Notes: generated from the sequence alone by a model not told the origin. Counted from the first letter of the stretch, positions 10,546-20,297 are shown. The stretch is 64,000 nucleotides of DNA from an uncultured Nitrososphaerota archaeon (GCA_963718895.1 CAVRAG010000008.1:736001-800000), one strand, 5' to 3'. Numbers and translations: made by a program.

Positions 10546-11625
10546 CTACTCGAAGTCGCTCCTTATCAGTTCAAGCTGGTTCTGCGACCCGAGCTTGCTC
10601 ACCCTGATGTAGCCGAGCTGCTCGAGCCTCTTCGCCTGTCTCCAGGCGGTCGTCCTCGGGACGCTGAACCGTTCCCTTATCTCGGCCTCCACCACCTTCC
10701 CTCCCTTGTCCCTGATGAAGCGGAGCATCTCTATGTCGTCGGGCCTCAGGACGGCAGAACCGGCAGACACGGACCTCGTCCTACGGAGCACCAGGAAGCC
10801 CGTCGCTGCCGCAAGCACAATAGCGGCGAGGATCAAGGTTGCCGTCCCCGGGGTTGTCTGCGGGTTCCCAGAGGAAGACGATGATGAAGTACCCGATGAG
10901 ACCGCTGAGGCGCCGGTGCCCGACCCCGTGGATGAGCTAGATTCAGTCCCGGACTTGGAGGTCGAAGTCTGTGACTGTGAGACAGCTATCGGAAGACCGT
11001 AGCTGACGTCCCAAGTTCCGGGACCCAAGACGAGGACCGGAACTCCTCCCTGGTTCGAGGTTGAGAGAGGCGTGCTGGAGAGCGAGAGGATGGTCGACTG
11101 CGGGGGCAGTTCCAGCGTGGAGTTAGACCCCCAGGTGTAGTCGACGGACCATACAGACCCTTGCTTCATGGTCAGCGAGCTCGTGTAATAGGTAAGGTCG
11201 ATGAACGAGTCGCCGAGTGTGTAGATCGTGATGTTCGCGCCCGATATCTCGTATGAGGCTGGCGTTCCCACCTGGTCTACCGCCAGGATGTCGCCGATCT
11301 GCGCCGAGAGCAGTGGAATCGTTACCTCCGTCGTGTTCTGGGGCATGACCAGTGTCTGGTTGATGACCGCGTCTCCTTCGGCAGACACGTTGATCGAGGT
11401 GGCCTGGACGTAGCTGACAGGTGTCGCGACGGCGGATGCCGGATCAAGGTTCGTCCCTGCCACCATGAAGACCAAGAGAAGGCCCGCGGCGGTCAGCGAA
11501 ATCTTCGGGTGCAAGGGACCATCGGGCTGGAGCTGCCGGAAGGCGGTCAATAACCTTGCGAGAGGGGCCGTGGGATGATTACGAAGGAACCCCGGGGGTG
11601 TTGGGACCCCGGGATTCCTGTCCAT
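10546..11625 (-). CDS. Membrane-anchored winged-helix protein (COG2512-like): extracellular domain, S/T linker, TM, cytoplasmic wHTH
   Basis: Signal-like hydrophobic stretch, TM LILAAIVLAAATGFLVL, C-terminal EAEIRERFSVPRTTAWRQAKRLEQLGYI; true start is probably downstream of 11625. Confidence 0.8.
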   Translation of the reverse strand: MDRNPGVPTPPGFLRNHPTAPLARLLTAFRQLQPDGPLHPKISLTAAGLLLVFMVAGTNLDPASAVATPVSYVQATSINVSAEGDAVINQTLVMPQNTTEVTIPLLSAQIGDILAVDQVGTPASYEISGANITIYTLGDSFIDLTYYTSSLTMKQGSVWSVDYTWGSNSTLELPPQSTILSLSSTPLSTSNQGGVPVLVLGPGTWDVSYGLPIAVSQSQTSTSKSGTESSSSTGSGTGASAVSSGTSSSSSSGNPQTTPGTATLILAAIVLAAATGFLVLRRTRSVSAGSAVLRPDDIEMLRFIRDKGGKVVEAEIRERFSVPRTTAWRQAKRLEQLGYIRVSKLGSQNQLELIRSDFE

Positions 11626-11641
11626 GGTTGTCGCTGGACAA

Positions 11642-12571
11642 TCAGTGCCCGGTGTCTTGGGCAGTCTCGTGGGCCGCGAGGGTCATCAGCTGCGTGGCCT
11701 GGTTGGTCTGCTGCACGCCCGTGCTGAAGTTCCCTGACTGGAAGGACGTGATGGCCGTGCCCAGCAGAGTCTGGGCCTGTCCGAGCTGGCCCTGTATCTG
11801 CTGGCGCAGTGAAGACGTGATGTTTGCCTTCAGGGCCGACTGCTGCAGCTGAGCCGCTCTCGGGTTCAGTATCGTCTGAATGTACTGGACCGCCTTCACG
11901 TCTCTCATCGAGCTGGCCAGGCCGTTTATGTCGGAAGCGACCTGCTGCAGGTGGCTGGCCGCGTCGGTCAGGAGACTGACGACGGCATTAATCTGGGTCT
12001 CGGTGGAGGCGGAGGTAATCGAGGCGAGCAGTGTGGAGGCTTGGGTCGTGTCTGCCGATGCCTTGCCTAGATTCGCCTTCGCGTCGCTGCAGGTGGCTGC
12101 GGATGCGTTCTTGGAGCTGCAGAGGTTGTCCACCGCCGTCTGGAGCTGACCCGTCCTGTTCTCTATCCTGAGGATGTCACTCTGGAGGTACTGGAGTTGG
12201 TTCTCGATCTTGACTGAGACGACGACCTCGGACTGCAGGGACTCTGCGGCGCCCCTGAAGTCTTTCATGGCACCAAGCGCGTCGCGCGCCGCCTGGGTCG
12301 AGTTCGTGTTCGCTTCAGACTGGGCCTGGCTTAGCAGTCCGTTCCCTTGCTTTATCAGGGACTGTGCCGCGGTGACATTGACTCCATGCTGCTGGGCAAT
12401 GGTGAGCAGCTGTCCGGCATAACCCTGGGCCGCCTGTGCCAGTTGGATCAGAGAGTTGGCGGAACTCGTCTGGGAATTCTGGCTCGTTTGGGCCACAACC
12501 GGGACGATCCCAATCACCAAGAGGGATAGGACTACCGCGCTCGCTGCGATTGACGTCGGTTTTGGCCTCAT
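11642..12571 (-). CDS. Secreted Gln/Ala-rich alpha-helical protein
   Basis: Signal peptide ending VVA|QTS, heptad-like helical composition, one Cys pair. Confidence 0.8.
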   Translation of the reverse strand: MRPKPTSIAASAVVLSLLVIGIVPVVAQTSQNSQTSSANSLIQLAQAAQGYAGQLLTIAQQHGVNVTAAQSLIKQGNGLLSQAQSEANTNSTQAARDALGAMKDFRGAAESLQSEVVVSVKIENQLQYLQSDILRIENRTGQLQTAVDNLCSSKNASAATCSDAKANLGKASADTTQASTLLASITSASTETQINAVVSLLTDAASHLQQVASDINGLASSMRDVKAVQYIQTILNPRAAQLQQSALKANITSSLRQQIQGQLGQAQTLLGTAITSFQSGNFSTGVQQTNQATQLMTLAAHETAQDTGH

Positions 12572-12618
12572 GGCATCTGTATGCCCAGGTTTGATGTAAA
12601 AGGGACAGCCCGTGGGAC

Positions 12619-12643
12619 GTGAAACGGTTGTTCCACATGGAAC
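12619..12643. promoter_or_regulatory. Palindromic operator candidate GTTCCA-CA-TGGAAC plus overlapping GTGAAAC-N4-GTTCCAC
   Basis: Inverted repeats about 50-70 nt upstream of the 12571 start, upstream of a TTTTACAT box. Confidence 0.45.
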
Positions 12644-12801
12644 CTAAGATATGATTTTCGCCGTCTGTCGAATTAAGTGTCGCTCGGCGACGGTCTTCCT
12701 GTCACGAAAGGCGCCGCTGAAGGACTGGCTGCTCGGTCACGAGAGGCTGAAGCAGGGCTTTGTCTTCTTTTAATAGTCCATCTATGACTCAGGTTAATGA
12801 A

Positions 12802-13065
12802 ATGACAGACGAGAAACAAGAAGAGGAGACAAGGATGAATTTCTACAGTAACAAGGCTGTAGCCAAGTTTGTCATGGCTGAAGGAGTCCCAAAGACGACC
12901 GGCGCGTTCAGGAGGATGGTAGCGTCAGGCAGCTCGGAGAAGCTGGACAGCAAGAAGGGTGCCGCCCTGGTCGCGTGTCTTGGAAACGTGATGTTCACAA
13001 AGCACCCTCAGCAGATCAACGTCATGGACAAGGCAACCGGAAAGACGATCGCCACCTTCTCCTAA
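12802..13065 (+). CDS. Small hypothetical protein
   Basis: TTTAATA box, AGGT SD-like element, coding-like codon usage. Confidence 0.65.
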   Translation: MTDEKQEEETRMNFYSNKAVAKFVMAEGVPKTTGAFRRMVASGSSEKLDSKKGAALVACLGNVMFTKHPQQINVMDKATGKTIATFS

Positions 13066-13068
13066 AGA

Positions 13069-13113
13069 GACAACAGCCCGGGTTGTCGTTGACAGGCCCG
13101 GGCCTGAATTTTT
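13069..13113. terminator. Hairpins plus T-run between convergent genes
   Basis: GACAAC/GTTGTC stem, AGGCCCGGGCCT palindrome, TTTTT. Confidence 0.3.
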
Positions 13114-13139
13114 GCCTCTTTGGTCAGACAGCCTGAGAC

Positions 13140-13520
13140 CTAGGAGGTTGCGTTCTGCCAGAGGCCGATAGTGTTCCCTTCACTGTCCTTGAAATAGGCG
13201 GTGAAGCCCATCTCCCCGATGGACTCCTTCTTTCCTACCGCCTTGCCGCCGAGTTTCACTATCGTCGCGATCGTCTTGTCGATGTCCTTCACCGCGATTG
13301 TCACGACCGGAACCTTGAGCGGACCACCCCTCGCTCCCATGCCGCCGTTGATCGCTCCCGGGTTCTTCGGCATCCTCTGCTCGTTGACCTCCGTCGTGGT
13401 CAACCCCCAATACTCCATGCCTCCCATCTGCTCGATGCTCCATCCGAAGGCCTTCTTGTAGAAAGCGGAGGCCCTCTTGACGTCGTCGGCAGGAATCTCG
13501 AAGTGCACTACTGAGTCCAT
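13140..13520 (-). CDS. VOC/glyoxalase family protein
   Basis: VVHFEIPADD..RA.AFY..AFGW, GAINGG, YFKDSEGN.IGLWQ. Confidence 0.92.
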   Translation of the reverse strand: MDSVVHFEIPADDVKRASAFYKKAFGWSIEQMGGMEYWGLTTTEVNEQRMPKNPGAINGGMGARGGPLKVPVVTIAVKDIDKTIATIVKLGGKAVGKKESIGEMGFTAYFKDSEGNTIGLWQNATS

Positions 13521-13615
13521 GGAATAACTATGACTCCAGACCTATTTAATCGCAGCAGGGAAGAAAAGTATACTCTCTGCGGACTGACGTTTTCAAGGCG
13601 CAACCTTGATGAAAA

Positions 13616-14497
13616 TCAGACGATGAGAGGGAAGGTGAAGAGCCTCGAAAGCACTCGCCCGGTCCCTGTTGCTGCGAAGACTCCGATCTTGTACTTGCCC
13701 TTCTGGAGGTTTGCGAAGCAGAAGATCACCTCACCGGTCGAGTGCGGGGTGAGCCCAGCTCCGGAGGAGGTTATCCGAATCGGCTGGCCGTCGGCGTTGT
13801 AGATGATCGCATAAACGACGGGAAGGAAGGTGATCGCCGAGTTGTTCCTGAAGGGGATCGATATCCGCACCGGGCAATTCAAGCCCGCCGACGACCTCTG
13901 CGGCCTTCCTGCGGTCAGGGACTTGTAGGAAAAACCCAAGATTCCGAACGGGGCCGTCTTCTGGAGGGCGCGGTAGACATCCTTCCTGTTCAGCAGGTCT
14001 ATCTGGAAGCGGCCCCCTCCGACGTAGTCCGGCACGACAATGAGGGTGGTGGCCGAGCCTCTCGAGTCGGTGTCCAAAAGCCCGGCTGCGTATGGAATGT
14101 AACCCGGAGAGATCAGGGAAATCTGGTAGTTCTCATTGGGAAGGAGACCCTTCCCCTGTACCTTGACCTGGTCGCCGAGGTAGGCCGTAGGTGCCTCCGA
14201 CGAGACCGAGGCCTGGAGCTCGAATTGCGCGCTTCCCCGGGCAGCCTCCCGAGCAGCTGGCACTGCTTCGATCTGTATCTTGGTGCCGAGCTCACCCTTG
14301 AGCCCCGCCGTGGGGACTTCCGGGACAGTGATCACGGTGCGAGCGGGGACTCCGCCTGTTCTTGTCGCCGTGAAGGTTGCGACCTTCGACCCGCCGAAGA
14401 GAAGGTCGTAGTTCATACCTCTCGCAAGCCCCTTGCCTCGGACGACTACCATATCTCCGACATTGCCGGCCTTTGGCTTCACATCCAGGGTTGACAC
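13616..14497 (-). CDS. Hypothetical protein with repeated Ig/IPT-like beta-sandwich domains
   Basis: Two internal repeats (VGDMVVVRGKGL / LGDQVKVQGKGL); start placed at GTG 14497 rather than the long ORF that overlaps the next gene. Confidence 0.7.
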   Translation of the reverse strand: MSTLDVKPKAGNVGDMVVVRGKGLARGMNYDLLFGGSKVATFTATRTGGVPARTVITVPEVPTAGLKGELGTKIQIEAVPAAREAARGSAQFELQASVSSEAPTAYLGDQVKVQGKGLLPNENYQISLISPGYIPYAAGLLDTDSRGSATTLIVVPDYVGGGRFQIDLLNRKDVYRALQKTAPFGILGFSYKSLTAGRPQRSSAGLNCPVRISIPFRNNSAITFLPVVYAIIYNADGQPIRITSSGAGLTPHSTGEVIFCFANLQKGKYKIGVFAATGTGRVLSRLFTFPLIV

Positions 14498-14617
14498 GGA
14501 ACGACCCCGGCCGAAGAAGAGAGGCTTATCAGCTTTCCTCAGAGAGTGTGGAATCCTGACCGAAGCTGGAGCTTTCTTGAGCGCGGGGCTGAAATGCTTC
14601 GAACTCGGGTCTGAGGC

Positions 14618-15013
14618 ATGGAGTCGGATCTTCACCGGTCGATGAAGAGAATCGTGCGCGGAGTGCTGGAACGAGAAGGTTTCACGGTCATCGAGGAACC
14701 CCTCTTCCCACCGACGCGTTGGATATCCTGGGAGGCATACAGACCGGACCTCCTCGGCTTCCGCTCCGACTCTCAGAGAGAGGAGCTGGCAGTCGTCGAG
14801 TGCGAGACACATCCGAGCATGCCGAGGTTCAGCGCGAAGAACTACGCGAGCCTCTGGTTCGAGCCGTCCGTCCTGAGCGAGGGATCGTTACGGCGGATCC
14901 TTGCCGTGCCCCGCGGCAGGCTTCATGCCGTGGACCTGGGATTGCGCCAACAATGGGAGATCTGGGTGCTCGGCTCCACCCAGCCTCTCGAGAGGATCTC
15001 ATCCATCGCCTAG
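14618..15013 (+). CDS. Small PD-(D/E)xK restriction-endonuclease-like fold protein
   Basis: N-terminal ESDLH helix, YRPDLLG and VVECET motifs; the catalytic Lys is replaced by Glu. Confidence 0.6.
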   Translation: MESDLHRSMKRIVRGVLEREGFTVIEEPLFPPTRWISWEAYRPDLLGFRSDSQREELAVVECETHPSMPRFSAKNYASLWFEPSVLSEGSLRRILAVPRGRLHAVDLGLRQQWEIWVLGSTQPLERISSIA

Positions 15014-15096
15014 GTCTGCTCGGGAGAAGCTCGCGCTGAAACGACTATGTTCTCCGTGTTTTAGTTAAACCATATGGGCGATGCATAAGAATCAAA

Positions 15097-15322
15097 GCCG
15101 CCGAGATTACCTTCGCAGTCAGGATCCGGAGGCTCAAAGACTCCCGGATGAGGGGAGAGAGGATGAAGGCCGAGGAGGGCGACCCGTCTGGAACTTGAGG
15201 TTCCACAGCGACTTGCTGGCTACCGGCCCCGTAAGGGTTGCCCAAGGGAGGCCCGACTCCCCCAGTTTCATCCCAGACAGCGCTCGAACATGTCCCCTAA
15301 TCTGGGTGGTAAGCTCTGGCTG
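15097..15322 (+). ncRNA. Candidate ~225-nt structured non-coding RNA (unassigned)
   Basis: Terminal helix 15100-15111/15308-15320, nested stems, GNRA-like loops, G-U pairs favouring the + strand, GTTAAAC box about 30 nt upstream. Confidence 0.4.
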
Positions 15323-15371
15323 TACGCCCGGGGGAGGCATCAAGCGAGGGAGGCTCTGTTCGAAATGCCCG

Positions 15372-17057
15372 CTACGTACCTTGCTCTGTCCCGCTGGGTC
15401 CCGGCCAGTCACCCAACTGCTGAGCGCCGCAGTTGGGGCAGAACTTCACATCGTGGCCTATCTGGGTTCCGCACCTGCCGCACAGCCTCGGAGCCGACTG
15501 CATCGGTGAAGGTGCTTCGAGGACCGTGCCTCTGGCACCCCTTCTTCTCATTACCATCACAAGTGCTACGAGAATCACCGCCACTATGACGCCACCCGCA
15601 ATCAAGGATGTGGGGAGAGCTGATGAGGGACCGTTTGAACCGGACGAGGTGGACTGCGCGGTCGTTGAGACTTGAGAGGAAACCGAGACGGTGACAGTCG
15701 TCCCTGCGAGAGGGAGAGTGTAGGTCCCGGAGACCGATCCAAGGTAAGCATAGTCAGGCGCACCGACGGAGACCGTCGAGAAACCGTTCGCAGGTTGGGA
15801 GACCTGCAGGTTGTCTGCCGCTTCCCCGGTGTTCCCTCCGAAGCTGTAGTAGGATGGATAGGCAGTCTGGGCGTCCGAGGTCGAGTTTCCGTAGAAGAGG
15901 CCGAGAGCTGCGCTGAGCTGTGTAAACTGGGTGGATTCTCCGTTCCCCTCCCCGCCCAGGACCAGTTCGGATTCGTAGAACAGGCCATCGGGGACGGTGG
16001 CATTGCCCGAGACCTCGAAGTAGGAGCTCTGGACTGAAGGATCGTGTATCGTAGCGTTGTCGAACCAGTTGATCGCCTGCGCCTGTTCAGACCCGTTTCT
16101 CATCACCTGGGCGCCGAATTGCACCTGGACGCCCACTCCAGGGGTCGTGGTCTCGCTGATGACAAGCGCGAGCGCCAGTGGAAAGTGATAGGTAGAGTTC
16201 CCTGATTGGAACGAGTAGTAGTATCCGGGGTTCGCGGGGTATGCATACCCTCCGTCGGTCGAGGTGATCGTTGTGTTGTCGAGGTAGCCCGAGACGCTCC
16301 CGTTCCAGATGTTGTCAGCCCAGGAGACGACAGAGGCACTAGTCACAAAGTCAGGGGTATCCTGTGTCCAGTACGACTGCTGGTTCCCCCCCTGCTCGTT
16401 CACCACGAGGATGGAGTTCAGCTGTAGAGTGGCACCCGAGACCGTGTCGTTGTAGAAGGACGCCGACGCGTTGTAGGCCTGCATGGACGCGATGTCAGCG
16501 ATGCCTACAACGTCTGTGCTCTTGATGGTGTAGGATGTCACCTTCCCTGAGTCGTTGGTCAAACCGTAAGAGGCGACGCCCGTGGGTTCAGGCGGAGTAA
16601 TGGGATAGCTGTAGTACGGGCTGATCGGGAACGTCTGGATGTTGTAGCTCACGTTCGCGCTGTATCCATAGGCAAAGAACACGAGGTAGTAAAAACCCTC
16701 CGAGACCTTCAGGGAGTGCTGGGGGATTGAGCTGCTGTTTTGAAGGAAGAGTGAGGCCGAGATATCGCTCAGGCCGTTGTCGAAGGATGTGTACTGCGAA
16801 TTCGTCATGATCGCAGTGGAAAGCGTCGTGTTGCTGCTCATCGAGATGGAGATTGTCGTGGGGCTAGACGGAGCATCGATCTGTAGCGGCTGATAGTATC
16901 CCGAAAGGAGTACCATTTGATAGGGAAGGGGGCTAGCGGAGTGAATGGGTTGACCACTCACCAAGGGCGACGATGCCATTAGTAGTGCGATTAGTAGCAC
17001 GCCGGGGGCGGTGTAACGGTGCAAGTGCGGACCCACCGCTCTTGACCCTATATACAT
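15372..17057 (-). CDS. Thermopsin-family (A5) acid protease with C-terminal TM and zinc ribbon
   Basis: PTGVASYG, TLQLN, YWTQD, DNIWN, ELVLGGEGNG, TGEAADN; CGRC...CPNC tail; start may be at about 17024. Confidence 0.88.
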   Translation of the reverse strand: MYIGSRAVGPHLHRYTAPGVLLIALLMASSPLVSGQPIHSASPLPYQMVLLSGYYQPLQIDAPSSPTTISISMSSNTTLSTAIMTNSQYTSFDNGLSDISASLFLQNSSSIPQHSLKVSEGFYYLVFFAYGYSANVSYNIQTFPISPYYSYPITPPEPTGVASYGLTNDSGKVTSYTIKSTDVVGIADIASMQAYNASASFYNDTVSGATLQLNSILVVNEQGGNQQSYWTQDTPDFVTSASVVSWADNIWNGSVSGYLDNTTITSTDGGYAYPANPGYYYSFQSGNSTYHFPLALALVISETTTPGVGVQVQFGAQVMRNGSEQAQAINWFDNATIHDPSVQSSYFEVSGNATVPDGLFYESELVLGGEGNGESTQFTQLSAALGLFYGNSTSDAQTAYPSYYSFGGNTGEAADNLQVSQPANGFSTVSVGAPDYAYLGSVSGTYTLPLAGTTVTVSVSSQVSTTAQSTSSGSNGPSSALPTSLIAGGVIVAVILVALVMVMRRRGARGTVLEAPSPMQSAPRLCGRCGTQIGHDVKFCPNCGAQQLGDWPGPSGTEQGT

Positions 17058-17138
17058 GATTTACTTCTTCCCTAAGCGAGAACTTCCCGAGAAGCTTGCG
17101 GTCGTTTCGACGAAACGGATTGCCTCGGGAGCCGAGTT

Positions 17139-17540
17139 CTACTGGTCCCTCTTGGACGATGCGGCCCTCTCCTTCACCGGAGGGCTTGCTTCGATATCGA
17201 CGGCCTTGTCGCCGCCCTGCTTCGACCCTATGTCTACGAACTGCTCCACGTTGCTGACGAAGATCTTTCCGTCGCCGGGAGAACCTGTGGTGGCGCTGCC
17301 TAGGATGGTGTCCACAACCTTGCTGACCTGGTCGTCCTTGGCGATTATCTCAAGTTTCGTGTGCCGGATATACTCGTCCTCCTGCGTCCATGTCCCTCTC
17401 ATGTGAACGGTGGTGATTACCCTGGTCCTGCCCCTTCCCTTGACTTCTTCGAGAGTGAGCCCGCCGACCCCTATCTTCTTCAAGGCCTCATCGACTTCCT
17501 CAAACTTCTCACGCCGGATGACCGCTTCGATCTTCTTCAC
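17139..17540 (-). CDS. glnK: Nitrogen regulatory protein P-II (GlnB/GlnK)
   Basis: MKKIEAVIR, VKGRGR, TGSPGDGKIFVS. Confidence 0.92.
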   Translation of the reverse strand: MKKIEAVIRREKFEEVDEALKKIGVGGLTLEEVKGRGRTRVITTVHMRGTWTQEDEYIRHTKLEIIAKDDQVSKVVDTILGSATTGSPGDGKIFVSNVEQFVDIGSKQGGDKAVDIEASPPVKERAASSKRDQ

Positions 17541-17786
17541 GGGTCTCAGGCCCCGCGAGGGCGCTGCGATACTTTTAAGACTTGTCCGGTGTTTTTACAG
17601 AGTCGGCACCATTATACATAACTCCGACACTTTGTCGTCGTTTCCTGTCTCCGCTAGCCTCAACAAATCCGGTGTGCGATTTCCCTGCCGGCAAAGGCCC
17701 CGCGGACCCCAGAGAGTCTCCGATCGGGCGAAAAAGAGGAGGACAGAACGGAATTATAGTGAAGAAACACACCCCCTTGAGTTAGC

Positions 17787-18329
17787 GTGATTCCCAGACA
17801 CTTTTTCCTAACGAACGGCGTCGGAAGGCACAAGGAACGCCTGCAGTCATTCGAGCTGGCTTTGAGGGACGCAGGTATACAGCACTGCAATCTCGTCGGC
17901 GTTTCCAGCATCATCCCTGCTGGATGCAGGCTCATTCCCAGGGAAAAGGGTCGGAACATGCTCACGCCAGGAGAAATCACTTTCGTCGTCCTTGCGCGGA
18001 ACGAGACCAACGAGGCGCACAGGCTCATCGTCTCCTCGGTCGGTCTCGCCATTCCCTCTAAGAAAGCCCAGTACGGATACATCTCCGAGCACCACACCTT
18101 CGGGCAGACCGAGGAAGCGGCAGGGGACTACGTCGAGGACCTTGCGGCCACCATGCTGGCGACGACTATGGGCATAGAGTTCAATCCGGAGACGGCCTGG
18201 CGCGAAAGGGAGCAGCTGTTCAAGTCGAGCGGAATGATAATCAAGACCACCCACATAACGCAATCCGCGGCCGGCGACAAGAATGGGCTTTGGACCTCGA
18301 CCGTCGCTGCCGCTGTCTTCGTTCCGTAA
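17787..18329 (+). CDS. pdaD: Pyruvoyl-dependent arginine decarboxylase
   Basis: [21 protein letters not shown] self-cleavage Ser-Ser motif; YGYISEHH. Confidence 0.92.
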   Translation: MIPRHFFLTNGVGRHKERLQSFELALRDAGIQHCNLVGVSSIIPAGCRLIPREKGRNMLTPGEITFVVLARNETNEAHRLIVSSVGLAIPSKKAQYGYISEHHTFGQTEEAAGDYVEDLAATMLATTMGIEFNPETAWREREQLFKSSGMIIKTTHITQSAAGDKNGLWTSTVAAAVFVP

Positions 18330-18391
18330 TCTGGGCGCCTAGTCGGGCATCGTTGAAAGCCCTAAGACAAAGTTAGTGCCACGCCCACGGC

Positions 18392-19864
18392 GTGAGGAGA
18401 GAGATTGCGGCGCTGGGGCTGGTCGCCATCCTTGTCCTTTCGTTCACGCTCTACTTCGTCGTAGTCCCACCAGCTGGAAGCGAGCGGACGTCCTCGTCCC
18501 AGGCGAGCCTTAGCACGACGGCATCAGCGAGCCTGAGCACCACCGGTTCGACCAGTTCGGTCCAGGATACGACATCCAGCTCCAGCCTTGTGTCCACTTC
18601 GAGTCGGACCTCGACATCCGCAGCTGGCGCGAATTGGACGACGTACCAAGGGAACAACGCCCGCACAGGGTACTACGCGGTCGCCAACTTCACTTCGGTC
18701 AAGCAGGGCTGGGAGTCTCCGGTCCTCGACGGGGCGGTCTACGCGCAGCCTTTGGTCTTCGGCAGTGATGTCTTCGTGGCTACCGAGAACGACTCCGTGT
18801 ATTCCCTTGACGCCGCGAGCGGGACCGTCCTGTGGCGGACCAATCTCGGGGTGCCCGTTCAGGGTGGCGAGCTGCAGTGTGGGGACATCAATCCGAGCGG
18901 GATTACGGGAACCCCCGTGATAGACGCCTCGAAGGGGGTAATCTACGTCGTTGCCTTTTCATCGTTGCGCCACACACTCTTCGCGATCAACACGACCTCA
19001 GGGTCGGTCATCTTCCATCTGGCTGCCGACCCTCCGGGTTTCGTGGTGACCGCCCAGCAGCAGAGGTCCGCGCTCTCCCTCTCGGACGGGATGGTCTACA
19101 TCCCCTACGGGGGTCTGGCGGGGGACTGCGGCCAGTACCATGGCTGGGTGGTCGCCCTTCCCGCGAACGACAGCGGAGGGATGGACGTCTATCAGGTCCA
19201 GACCTCGAGGGAGGGAGGAATATGGGCCCCGTCGGGGGCGGCGATTGACTCTCTGGGCAACGTGTACGTCACGACAGGCAACGGAGCGTCCCAGAGCGTC
19301 TTCGACTACGGGAACGCCGTCCTGAGGCTCGATCCTCAGCTCGCCTTGGACTCGTACTTCGCCCCCACAGACTGGTTGCAGCTTAACAACGATGACGGAG
19401 ACCTCGGGTCTGTCGGTCCGGAGATCGTAGGCGCTAACCTCCTCTTCCAGGTGGGGAAGGAGGGGGTGGGCTATCTCCTGAGCATGGGGAGCCTCGGAGG
19501 CATCGGGGGCCAGCTCTACTCGGCGAGTGTCTGCTCGGGGGGCTACGGGGGAACCGCCTTCTCGCAGCCCCTGCTCTTCGTCCCATGCAGGGACGGACTT
19601 GTGGAGCTCGACGTCGGGAGCACGTCTTTCAGCGTGGTGTGGCGCTCTCCTAGCTTCAACGCTGGCCCTCCGGTGGTAACCGGGGGAATTGTCTGGTCGG
19701 TGGACATCTCGACGGGGGTTCTGAGCGGGTTCAGCGTGTCTACCGGTCATGAGGCATTCAGCTTCTCTCTCGGGAGCGTGGTCACCTTTTGTCCCCTCTC
19801 CGCGGGTGATGGGCGCATCTTCATTGCGGCGAGCGGCCGAGTCGCCGCGTTCTCCCTCGGGTGA
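18392..19864 (+). CDS. Membrane-anchored PQQ-like beta-propeller protein
   Basis: N-terminal TM, S/T linker, WTTYQGNNARTG, VYAQPL, GITGTPVID, YHGWV. Confidence 0.85.
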   Translation: MRREIAALGLVAILVLSFTLYFVVVPPAGSERTSSSQASLSTTASASLSTTGSTSSVQDTTSSSSLVSTSSRTSTSAAGANWTTYQGNNARTGYYAVANFTSVKQGWESPVLDGAVYAQPLVFGSDVFVATENDSVYSLDAASGTVLWRTNLGVPVQGGELQCGDINPSGITGTPVIDASKGVIYVVAFSSLRHTLFAINTTSGSVIFHLAADPPGFVVTAQQQRSALSLSDGMVYIPYGGLAGDCGQYHGWVVALPANDSGGMDVYQVQTSREGGIWAPSGAAIDSLGNVYVTTGNGASQSVFDYGNAVLRLDPQLALDSYFAPTDWLQLNNDDGDLGSVGPEIVGANLLFQVGKEGVGYLLSMGSLGGIGGQLYSASVCSGGYGGTAFSQPLLFVPCRDGLVELDVGSTSFSVVWRSPSFNAGPPVVTGGIVWSVDISTGVLSGFSVSTGHEAFSFSLGSVVTFCPLSAGDGRIFIAASGRVAAFSLG

Positions 19865-19904
19865 CTTGGTTACTCGCCCGCGGAGATTCCGACGTTGATC
19901 GGGC

Positions 19905-20297
19905 TCACTCTATGAATCTGTTCAGAAATTTGTCATCCGAGACCCTGTACCTGTACTTGCCCACTGTGACCTCTTTCCCCTTCCTGACGGCATCGACAAA
20001 CTCCGGCGCCGAGTCCAACCACTCCACGATGTTGCCCTGCCTATCTTTCAGGAACGCCCACTCGCCGTCCTTCTTCTTGAAACCGGTCCATTCCAGCAGG
20101 TTCAGTGTCTTCTCCAGCACCTTGTCGGAGACGACGGGCGAGGGAGCAGCAGTCGGGACCGACACGGAGCCGCTGCTTCGGAGGGAGCGCTTCTCCTCAA
20201 CCAGCGCGCGTCTCCTCTTCTGAAGCTCCTCGATGGAGGTGTCCACCGACTTCAGCTCGGCATCAATCTGCTTCTCCCTCTCGCCGGCACTGGCCAT
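19905..20297 (-). CDS. Hypothetical protein with N-terminal coiled coil
   Basis: Charged heptads followed by a small globular domain (GEWAF); TAAATA upstream. Confidence 0.75.
   Translation of the reverse strand: MASAGEREKQIDAELKSVDTSIEELQKRRRALVEEKRSLRSSGSVSVPTAAPSPVVSDKVLEKTLNLLEWTGFKKKDGEWAFLKDRQGNIVEWLDSAPEFVDAVRKGKEVTVGKYRYRVSDDKFLNRFIE

Noticed and set aside
12791-12810. Shared AGGT(T/G)AATGAAATGACAGA with the hsp20 start region (about 58644-58662)
   Set aside because: Explainable by an SD-like element plus start context; the proteins are unrelated
15097-15322. RNase P RNA or SRP RNA
   Set aside because: No GAGGAAAGUCC or ACAGAA..GGCUUA motifs; CCGGCCCCGTAAGGGTTGC only loosely resembles SRP helix 8 and lacks the CAGG/AGCA loop
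17580-17786. NrpR operator upstream of glnK
   Set aside because: No GGAA-N6-TTCC found
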